DNA of 64,000 nt. Source: Limisphaera sp. VF-2. Its GTDB lineage: Bacteria > Verrucomicrobiota > Verrucomicrobiia > Limisphaerales > Limisphaeraceae. The stretch is taken from assembly GCF_049537125.1 (NCBI RefSeq), contig NZ_JBMVQY010000003.1, positions 323,128 through 387,127 on the forward strand. The letters run 5' to 3'. Position numbers and translations under genes: made by a program. Position 1 is the stretch's first letter. Each line of letters starts with the position of its first letter. Positions 1 to 7,096 of this stretch are shown here, piece after piece. The notes under the pieces were generated by a model that did no database searches, had not been told where the DNA came from, and saw only the letters and a list, made by a program, of their open reading frames with translations.

Positions 1-823
1 GAAGTCCTTCGCCCGCCATCCAGAGATGAAACTCGCGCATGCCGGGCGTGTCGATCACGAGCCCTCCGCCCGGCAGCACGATCAGCTCGCGCCACGTGGT
101 GGTATGACGGCCCTTGTGGTCGCGTTCCCGCACCTCGGCCGTGGGTTGGATTTCTTCACCGTAGAGCTGGTTGATCAGGCTCGATTTTCCGACGCCCGAC
201 GGGCCCATGAACACGCCGGTTTTCCCGGGAGTCACCCAGGGTCGCAGCTGATCGATTCCCTCCCCGGACCGGGCACTGGTGAGGATGACCGCCGCTTCCC
301 CGGCGCGCCGACGTGCTTCCGCGACCGCGGCAGCCGGGTCGGTGCAAAGGTCGGCCTTGTTGAGCACCACGACCGGTTGGACACCCCCTTCCAGACACAT
401 GAGCAGCATGCGCTCCAACAGACGGGGATTGAAGGTCTGGTCCAGCGCCTGCACCACAAACGCCGTGTCCACGTTCGTCACCAGCACCTGCTCTTCGGTC
501 TCGCGTCCGGGCACTTTGCGGGCCAGACGGGTGCGGCGCGGCAAAACGGCCTCGATGATGGCGGGCTGACCCGCCCCCCCGGGCACTCGACACGCCACCC
601 AGTCACCCACCTTGGGCAGCTCGGCGTCGCTCTGTGCCCGGCGCAGCCACCGGCCGAGCACCTGGGCCTCCTGCACGCCCGTGTCTGCGCACACGAGGTA
701 ACGGTGCTTTTCCTGCGTGACCACGCGCGCGGGCACCAGCCCGGCCGCCCGATGCGGCGCAAACGATTGTTCCCACTCCGGGTCCCACCCCAGAGTGGCC
801 AACGAGATCTCCCGGTCAGCCAT
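1..823 (-). CDS. rsgA: Ribosome small-subunit-dependent GTPase A (partial; C-terminus lies beyond window start)
   Basis: Reverse-complement translation from CAT at 821-823 reads MADREISLATLGWDPEWEQSF...VTNVDTAFVVQALD...VVLNKADL...GKTGVFMGPSGVGKSSLINQLYGEEIQPTAEVRERDHKGRHTTTWRELIVLPGGGLVIDTPGMREFHLW. This carries the circularly permuted GTPase motifs typical of RsgA/YjeQ. It is not in the ORF track because the stop lies outside the window. Confidence 0.85.
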   Translation of the reverse strand, partial: MADREISLATLGWDPEWEQSFAPHRAAGLVPARVVTQEKHRYLVCADTGVQEAQVLGRWLRRAQSDAELPKVGDWVACRVPGGAGQPAIIEAVLPRRTRLARKVPGRETEEQVLVTNVDTAFVVQALDQTFNPRLLERMLLMCLEGGVQPVVVLNKADLCTDPAAAVAEARRRAGEAAVILTSARSGEGIDQLRPWVTPGKTGVFMGPSGVGKSSLINQLYGEEIQPTAEVRERDHKGRHTTTWRELIVLPGGGLVIDTPGMREFHLWMAGEGL

Positions 824-1084
824 GCGAGGAACCCAGCTAATCACAACCGCACGGCCTTGGCAACGGGCCGAAGCGTTCCGCTGCTTGTGCCGGCGCATTT
901 CCGGCTTTGGAACCTCCGGAAACCCCGGCGGAATTTCGGACGTGCCCGCGGGGGGAATCCGGAGGGCAAACGCCGGCTCAGCGGGATTCTTGAACCCGGG
1001 GCTCGCCAACGGAAATGCGCCGTTGCCTGTCCACGGATCCCACGGGCCTATTCACGCGCCAAAGACGCATTCAACTCAACTGCT

Positions 1085-1395
1085 TGGGGCAACGCCCCGG
1101 GGATTCGGCACCCCCGAAATCTGCCGCGCCCTGAAAGGGCACAAGTCCATCATCCCAACCGTGAGAGGGGGCATGCTCACACCGCGTTTCGGCCTTTCAG
1201 GGCAGGGGTGCCTTCCGGGACCCGGTTCGGGGCGTTGCCCCGGGCTGGTGCGTTCTTGTGCCGATGGGGCAGCCCTGAAGCGCGCTGGAAGTGCAACTAT
1301 TCTTCCGGGGTCCAGGCCACCTTGGACCTGGGCGCTGCCCTGGGCTGGGGCGTCTGCACTCCCGTGGACCCACGGCGTGCCAAAGGCGCGAGATC
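1085..1395. repeat. Copy A of a composite GC-rich hairpin repeat family. Module M2 is flanked by inverted 13-bp palindromes GGGGCAACGCCCC (1086-1098) and GGGGCGTTGCCCC (1229-1241), followed by degenerate M1 copies.
   Basis: Seen directly. 1099-1228 (cggggattcggcacccccgaaatctgccgcgccctgaaagggcacaagtccatcatccc...ggcatgctcacaccgcgtttcggcctttcagggcagggg) aligns with 4605-4725 and 19518-19640. The stretches from 1229 (ggggcgttgccccgggctggtg) and 1330 (gggcgctgccctgggctgggg...ggcgtgccaaaggcgc) align with 4513-4590. Confidence 0.6.
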
Positions 1396-2000
1396 TTTCC
1401 GATCCTCGATGGGGCTCGGTGGGACTGAACTCGGAGGGGCTGCCGGGGCGGATTCTCGCCTGTAGCGTCGGGGCAGGCGAGCGTCCGCCGCCAAAGATTC
1501 GCTTTCCGGCGCATTTCGGGTTTGGGATACCGGTGAATCCTCGACACAATTCTCGGATGTCCCCGGCACGCAAAAGCCACAGCGTTTCCGCAAGGATTTC
1601 CGGGCGCGGGTGCGCGGAATAAGTCTCCATTGGGATTTCCTTGGGGAGGCACGGTGACCCGGGAGGCTGCGGCAAAAGACGGCTCCGGCAGCGAGGTCGA
1701 CCCGGATTCAAGGAGGCAAGGATGCCGCGCCAGGGCGTTGGGTCGGCGATTGCACAGGGGGACCGGCGCGAGGGCGCGGGAGTCGCCGCGCTCGGGAAAA
1801 CCCACAAGCCGCGAAGGGAGGGCGCGGGCTTTGCCCGGGCTCCTTTGCGGACATTCGCAATCGGTTCGAAGGTTGATGGAGCGGCAGATCCCGCAGGCCG
1901 TGGAAGTTGAAAAGGCCGGTACACCCGCGGCCCGTGGGCTCAAGAAACCCCGGGAACCACCGCGTTGCGGAGAAAGTGGCGCGAAAAGGCCCCGCCGGGG

Positions 2001-2282
2001 TCAGGTGAGAACGATCTTGTCGCCCTCCTTGAGGGTGACGATCGCCTTTTTCCAGTCCGGGGACTTGCCGGCCTGATGGGTGCGCTGGCGACGGAGTTTG
2101 CCGCGCACGTTCATGGTATTCACGCGCAGGACCTTGACTTTGAAGAGCTCCTGCACGGCCTGTTTGATCTGATGCTTGTTGGCGCGCCGGTCCACCACGA
2201 GGGTGTACTGGTTGTATTTCTCGCTCTGGCGCGTGCCTTTCTCCGTCAGACGGACCGTTTTGATGATTTCAAAGCTGTTCAT
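2001..2282 (-). CDS. rplW: 50S ribosomal protein L23 (uL23)
   Basis: MNSFEIIKTVRLTEKGTRQSEKYNQYTLVVDRRANKHQIKQAVQELFKVKVLRVNTMNVRGKLRR...; internal Met 24 of track ORF 2001..2351 taken as the start. Confidence 0.93.
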   Translation of the reverse strand: MNSFEIIKTVRLTEKGTRQSEKYNQYTLVVDRRANKHQIKQAVQELFKVKVLRVNTMNVRGKLRRQRTHQAGKSPDWKKAIVTLKEGDKIVLT

Positions 2283-2322
2283 GGGCTGGGCCAGTGGGTG
2301 GCCGGTCGGGTTTCCGGCCGGG

Positions 2323-2949
2323 TTATTCCTCGCGCAAGCGGTTTTCGACAACCTGAAAGGCAGCCCGGGTGAACACGAGCGTGTCGGGCCGCAACACGTC
2401 GTAGGCGTGCAGATTCTCGCCTGTCGTGACCTCCACGTGGGGCACGTTCCGCGAGGCCAGCAGGAGGTTGCGATCCGGCGGGCTGGCCACCACGAGCACG
2501 GTACCCTTGACCTCGAGGGCCTGGAGCACGTTCAGGAACGTGCGGGTCTTGTGGTTGGGCAGCGAAAGTTCATCCACGACGATGACATCGCCGGCCTTGA
2601 GGCGTTCTGTGAGCGCCTTGCGCAGAGCCAGGCGTTTGGTTTGGGCGTTGACCTTGAGGGAAAAGTCCCGGGGTTTGGGCCCGAACACCACACCGCCGCC
2701 GCGCCACAGGGGCGATTGGAAGGAGCCGGCCCGCGCCCGTCCGGTGCCTTTCTGGCGCCACGGCTTCTTGCCGGTGCCGGCAACTTCGCCCTTCGTTTTG
2801 GTGCAGGCGGTGCCGCGCCGGCAGTTGGCCAGGTGGGCCACCACGACTTCGTGCACGGCGTGGGCGCCGCGCTCTCCTTCCACGAGGGGGAAACCGACTT
2901 CCAGTTCGCCCTGCGGTTTGCCGAGGGTGTCCTTGACGACGAGTTTCAT
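2323..2949 (-). CDS. rplD: 50S ribosomal protein L4 (uL4)
   Basis: MKLVVKDTLGKPQGELEVGFPLVEG...GTGRARAGSFQSPLWRGGGVVFGPKPRDFSLKVN...; canonical position between rplC and rplW. Confidence 0.95.
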   Translation of the reverse strand: MKLVVKDTLGKPQGELEVGFPLVEGERGAHAVHEVVVAHLANCRRGTACTKTKGEVAGTGKKPWRQKGTGRARAGSFQSPLWRGGGVVFGPKPRDFSLKVNAQTKRLALRKALTERLKAGDVIVVDELSLPNHKTRTFLNVLQALEVKGTVLVVASPPDRNLLLASRNVPHVEVTTGENLHAYDVLRPDTLVFTRAAFQVVENRLREE

Positions 2950-2958
2950 GGTGCAGCG

Positions 2959-3717
2959 TTACTTTTTGGCGGTTTTGGCCGCGGTCTTGGGCTTGGCCTC
3001 TGCTTTGGCCTTGGCCACCTGGGCGGCCGTCTTGGTCCGGGTACTGCCCTTGGGCCGCTTCTTGGCCTCGCGAATGATGACGTAGTCCCCATTGGCCCCC
3101 GGGATGGAGCCTTTGATGAGCAGGAGGTTCTCCTGTTCACGGACCTGCAGGATTTCGAGGTTCTGCACCGTGCGTCGCACCTGGCCCATGTGGCCGGGCA
3201 TGCGCATGCCGCGCCGAACGGTGCCCGGGAAGAGGCGCTGTCCGATGGCGCCGGGACGGCGGTGCCAACCTTTGGCCCCGTGCGACGCATCCCCGCCGCG
3301 GAAGCCATGCCGTTTCACCACGCCCTCGAAGCCGCGTCCCTTGGTGATGCCGATGGCGTCCACGAAATCGCCCGGGGCGAAAATGCCCGGCCCGATCAGG
3401 TCGCCGGGCTTGACCGGCAAGGAAAAGTTGCGGAACTCGCGGATGCGCCGGACGGCGGTCAACAGGACCGGAGTCTTCTCATCCGTGCGTTTGATCTCCA
3501 CCCCCCACTTCTGCAAATGCCCCAGAATGGGTTTGGTGAGGCGATGATCTTTTTGATCGCCGAAGGCCAGTTGGACGGCATCGTAGCCGTCGGTTTCCTT
3601 CGTCTTGCACTGAAGCACGCGGTTGGGGCCGGCCAGAACGATGGTCACCTGTTGGGCGACACCGTTGGCATCGTAGATTCGGGTCTGGCCGAGTTTTTTG
3701 CCGATGAGACCGATCAT
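2959..3717 (-). CDS. rplC: 50S ribosomal protein L3 (uL3)
   Basis: MIGLIGKKLGQTRIYDANGVAQQVTIVLAGPNRVLQCKTKETDGYDAVQLAFG...GKGFQGVVKRHGF-like core, with a Lys/Ala-rich C-terminal tail. Confidence 0.95.
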   Translation of the reverse strand: MIGLIGKKLGQTRIYDANGVAQQVTIVLAGPNRVLQCKTKETDGYDAVQLAFGDQKDHRLTKPILGHLQKWGVEIKRTDEKTPVLLTAVRRIREFRNFSLPVKPGDLIGPGIFAPGDFVDAIGITKGRGFEGVVKRHGFRGGDASHGAKGWHRRPGAIGQRLFPGTVRRGMRMPGHMGQVRRTVQNLEILQVREQENLLLIKGSIPGANGDYVIIREAKKRPKGSTRTKTAAQVAKAKAEAKPKTAAKTAKK

Positions 3718-3754
3718 AACAAAGCCGGAAACTGCGGAGGGTTGGGCTGCAGGA

Positions 3755-4063
3755 TCAGATCTTGATGGTGATGTCCACGCCGGCCGGCAGGTTCAGCTTC
3801 TTGAGCTCGTCCACGGTGCGGGCGGTGGGTTCGATGATGTCGATGAGCCGCTTGTGGGTGCGCTGCTCGAAGGTTTCCATGGACTTCTTGTCCGCGTGAG
3901 GAGAGCGATGGACGGTCCAGCGCTCAATCTTGGTGGGCAGCGGAATGGGCCCTGCCACGCGGGCGCCGGTCCGTTTTACCGTCTCGGCAATCTCCCGCGC
4001 CGAATGGTCTATGACCCGGTGGTCATAGGCCTTCAACCGAATCCGAATCCGTTGTGCAGCCAT
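3755..4063 (-). CDS. rpsJ: 30S ribosomal protein S10 (uS10)
   Basis: [102 protein letters not shown] (102 aa). Internal Met 216 of track ORF 3755..4708; the upstream extension is GC-noise. Confidence 0.95.
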   Translation of the reverse strand: MAAQRIRIRLKAYDHRVIDHSAREIAETVKRTGARVAGPIPLPTKIERWTVHRSPHADKKSMETFEQRTHKRLIDIIEPTARTVDELKKLNLPAGVDITIKI

Positions 4064-4389
4064 AAAGAACAGTGTCGTGCAAATTCGCCCAAGTTGTACT
4101 CCCGCTCCGTTCCGAAAGCGGACGGACAATTTAGCAGGTGCGCGCGGCTGCGCAATACCTTTTTGAGGGGAATCTTCCCCGACCTCTCGGGCCTGGTCCG
4201 GGCACCCACGGGGCCGGGCTCTCCGGCGGGGAAATGTGGAAATGGCAGGTTGGGCCAATGGGATTTGGCGGCCCCGCATGCGGCATGGCCGCGTTTTCAC
4301 CACCACCAGCGGAATCCTCACGTCCGGGCAAGCACATGCTGCACCGAAGGCGCACCGAGTCGCCAGCCCCGGGCAAGCGGCCCAGAAAC

Positions 4390-4865
4390 CCGCTCTCCCC
4401 CACTCTCGTGCCCGGAAAGGGCACAACCTCATGACGCCATTGCGACGGGCGGGCATGCCCACACCGAGTCCCGCCCCTTCAGGGCGGGGGAACCATCTTT
4501 GCATGTCTACCCAGGGCGTTGCCCTGGGCTGGTGAATCTCCGCCCCGTTGGGGCGGACACGCGACGCGCCGAAGGCGCCTCCATGGTCCGCCCGGGGCAA
4601 CGGCCCGGGATTTCGGCCCGCAAAGCTCGACATGCGCTGAAAGGACGTAACCCGATGATTCCCCCGCGCGGTGGCCGGGTGGGTCCGCACCGCATGCGGC
4701 CCGTTCAAGCCGGGCTAGATTGAGGCCTGTCGGTGGCCCGGGGTGGCCCCACACCCCATTCGGCCCGTCTAGGACAGCAGGCTCAGGGGCGTTCCGGTGG
4801 CCCGGGGCGTTGCCCTGGGCGGTGAATGTCCACCCCGATGCGGCGGACCCACGGCTGCCTGGCCG
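4390..4865. repeat. Copies B/C of the composite hairpin repeat family in tandem: partial M2, H'-M1, H-M2, partial M1.
   Basis: Seen directly. 4512-4526 cagggcgttgccctg and 4540-4556 ccgccccgttggggcgg are perfect GTT-loop hairpins. 4596-4725 (ggggcaacggcccgggatttcggcccgcaaag...ctgaaaggacgtaacccgatgattccc...gggtccgcaccgcatgcggcccgttcaagccgggc) aligns with 4395-4495 and with copies A and D. 4782-4860 repeats ggggcgtt(ccggtggcccg)gggcgttgccctgggcggtgaatgtcc. Confidence 0.65.
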
Positions 4866-4869
4866 GCCC

Positions 4870-5895
4870 TCACGGGCGCGCGCGAAACAGGAAAAAGGTG
4901 TAGGCGTTCGGATTATGTGTCCAGGCACACCCGGTCCGGTGCTGAAGAAACGTGCCGATGTGGACTGCCTGCCCGTCAAACCCTTCCCGAGCGAAGAGAG
5001 ACCAGGTCTGCTCGAGGCTCAGCAGGTTCCAGTGATAGTGCCCGACGGGGCGGACGACGGTTGCCGGGATCTCGTCCATCTGGAAGAAATGCACGCAGAG
5101 GCCGCGGGCCGTGACCCGGCAGAGTTCTCGCACCGCGACGGGGAGGGCTGCGGGAGAGAGGTGTTCGAACAGATCGTGCACGAACGCCCACTCGAAGGCG
5201 CGATCCGGAGCGGGGATTTGGAAAATGTTGGCCACACGGAAGTCGGCCGAGGGAAACATCTGGCGGGCATTGTGAACGTTGGTCTCGCACAGGTCGAACC
5301 CGGTGTAAACCAGGTGCCGCGCCAGCCCGTATTGCACGAGGAAGCGATAGTCGTTGGCCGAACCACAGGCGGGTTCGAGGACGGTCGGGCGTGGGAGGGC
5401 CAGATCGGACAGCACCGCGGCCCAAAGGCGCTGGAACGTGTCGAGCACCGCCCGGCCTTCAGGCCCCTCCGGCAGGAGGGGATCGGGCAGATCGAGGAAC
5501 GCCTCCACGTAGTTGGGGATGATCTGACTGTCGCAAGCCCGGGGTAGTTGCCGGTGGATCCGGTGCAAAAAGGGCGGGACCTCAATGCCCTCGACGTTGG
5601 AAGCGCCGGTCTGGAGGGCATACCGGACGGCGGCGCGGTCCTCCGCGCAGCGGACGCCGTGACGGGGTTCCAGCAGCCAGTTCAATGCCGCGGCAAACTC
5701 CAGCTCGGCTTGGAACAGACCCTGCCAACGGTCGCCGCCCAGCGCGGTCAGCAGAAAATGGCGGGTGAGGATGCTCTGCACGTTGCGCCGTGGATCTTCG
5801 ACGTCGGCCACCAGGTAGTCGCGAAGCCAGGCGGCCTCGTGTCGCATCCAGGCCGCACGCAGCGCCTCGGTTTCAGCCTGCAGGGACGGATCCAT
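4870..5895 (-). CDS. Class I SAM-dependent methyltransferase (function unknown)
   Basis: Motif I VLEPACGSANDYRFL plus downstream acidic/aromatic motifs. Start taken at MDPSLQAETEALRAAW (Met 32 of track ORF 4870..5988). Confidence 0.7.
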   Translation of the reverse strand: MDPSLQAETEALRAAWMRHEAAWLRDYLVADVEDPRRNVQSILTRHFLLTALGGDRWQGLFQAELEFAAALNWLLEPRHGVRCAEDRAAVRYALQTGASNVEGIEVPPFLHRIHRQLPRACDSQIIPNYVEAFLDLPDPLLPEGPEGRAVLDTFQRLWAAVLSDLALPRPTVLEPACGSANDYRFLVQYGLARHLVYTGFDLCETNVHNARQMFPSADFRVANIFQIPAPDRAFEWAFVHDLFEHLSPAALPVAVRELCRVTARGLCVHFFQMDEIPATVVRPVGHYHWNLLSLEQTWSLFAREGFDGQAVHIGTFLQHRTGCAWTHNPNAYTFFLFRARP

Positions 5896-5935
5896 CGTGG
5901 ATGCGGACGGGCGCTCGTGCGGAGGGAGATTGGGC

Positions 5936-6580
5936 TCAGGATGGACCGGTGGCCAACTCCGCGGCGGCCTGTCGCACAGCCTGCACAAACGCGCGCATGC
6001 GTTCCGGCGACTTCCGCCCCGGCGCGATTTCGACGCCGCTCGAGACGTCTACGGCGAAGGGTTGCACCTCCCGGATCGCCTGACCCACATTTTCCGGGGT
6101 CAGACCGCCGGCCAGAATGATGGGGCGCCCCAACCCACGGGCCTGCCGGGCCAACGCCCAGTTGAACGAGTGTCCCGTCCCCCCGTGTTTGTCCGGGACC
6201 CACGCGTCCAGCAGCCAGGCGTCCGTGTCATACGCGGTGAGACCGGCCAACGACGACTCATCGCGAATGCGGAAGGCCTTCACGGTCATCAGGCCGAACT
6301 GGCGGCAAAACGCCGGGGGTTCTTCGCCGTGGAATTGCAGCATGCCCAGACCGCAGGCAGCGATCGCTTCCCAGACGGTCCCCTCGTCCGGGTTCACGAA
6401 CACACCAACCCGCAGGACGTAGGGCGGCAACACACGCGCCACGGCCGCGGCCGCCGGCAGCGGCAGGTACCGCGGGCTGGCCTGGCAAAACATCAACCCC
6501 ACCATGTCGGCGCCGGCCTCCGCAGCGGCCAGTGCGTCCTCGGGCGTGGTGATCCCGCAGATTTTGACTCGGACACTCAT
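5936..6580 (-). CDS. trpF: N-(5'-phosphoribosyl)anthranilate isomerase
   Basis: MSVRVKICGITTPEDALAAAEAGADMVGLMFCQASPRYL...GGTGHSFNWAL...ILAGGLTPENV, hallmark PRAI motifs. Internal Met 112 of track ORF 5936..6913. No other trp genes nearby. Confidence 0.85.
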   Translation of the reverse strand: MSVRVKICGITTPEDALAAAEAGADMVGLMFCQASPRYLPLPAAAAVARVLPPYVLRVGVFVNPDEGTVWEAIAACGLGMLQFHGEEPPAFCRQFGLMTVKAFRIRDESSLAGLTAYDTDAWLLDAWVPDKHGGTGHSFNWALARQARGLGRPIILAGGLTPENVGQAIREVQPFAVDVSSGVEIAPGRKSPERMRAFVQAVRQAAAELATGPS

Positions 6581-7096
6581 GACTCTCGATATGACGTTTC
6601 GGACCGGACCCACCATAGCACAAGAGCCGGTCCGAGGTGGGCCATTTTCCGCGGCAAGGCGGATGCGTTTCCCCGGCTTTGCGGCCAGCCTCGGAATGCA
6701 GCGGATTCCATCAACGGGCTTGCACTCTGTCACGCGGCCCGAACTCCTCGAAAAAAAAATGCGGGATTCGGCGGGCGGGTTGACGCCCTTAGCCGGCCCC
6801 GGCAAAAGGGGCAATCCACCCCCCGCTGGCTGAAAGGCGTTGAACCCCGGGCCCTTGACCCGCGGAAAGCAGCGATGCTTCTCCTCGCTCCCGGGTCCCG
6901 CTTGCCTTCCCATTTGGGGGGATCGGCATTTGGGTAACCGGCATGGGTTCCGTCGGAGACCTCCATCGCAGCCATGCGAAGCGGTTCGGCCCGGGACGGG
7001 CCGGAGTCGCCTTCGCGGCTGCCGTGGTCTGGAGATCTGCTGTGCAAAACGGCACGCGTCCCGATGGCGCCCTCCGGAGTTCGGAACGCTCCGGCC

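Noticed and set aside
1722-1910. 62-aa ORF (MPRQGVGSAIAQGDRREGAGVAAL...) preceded by a good AGGAGG 7 nt upstream
   Set aside because: Low-complexity Gly/Ala/Arg composition, no homology features, and it sits in repeat-flanked non-coding DNA. A possible leader peptide cannot be excluded, so it is mentioned only.
717-1943. ORFs 717..1622 (+), 1076..1924 (-) and 1197..1943 (-) in the region between rsgA and rplW
   Set aside because: Overlapping frames on both strands, Pro/Arg/Gly-rich, spanning the hairpin repeat. Treated as non-coding.
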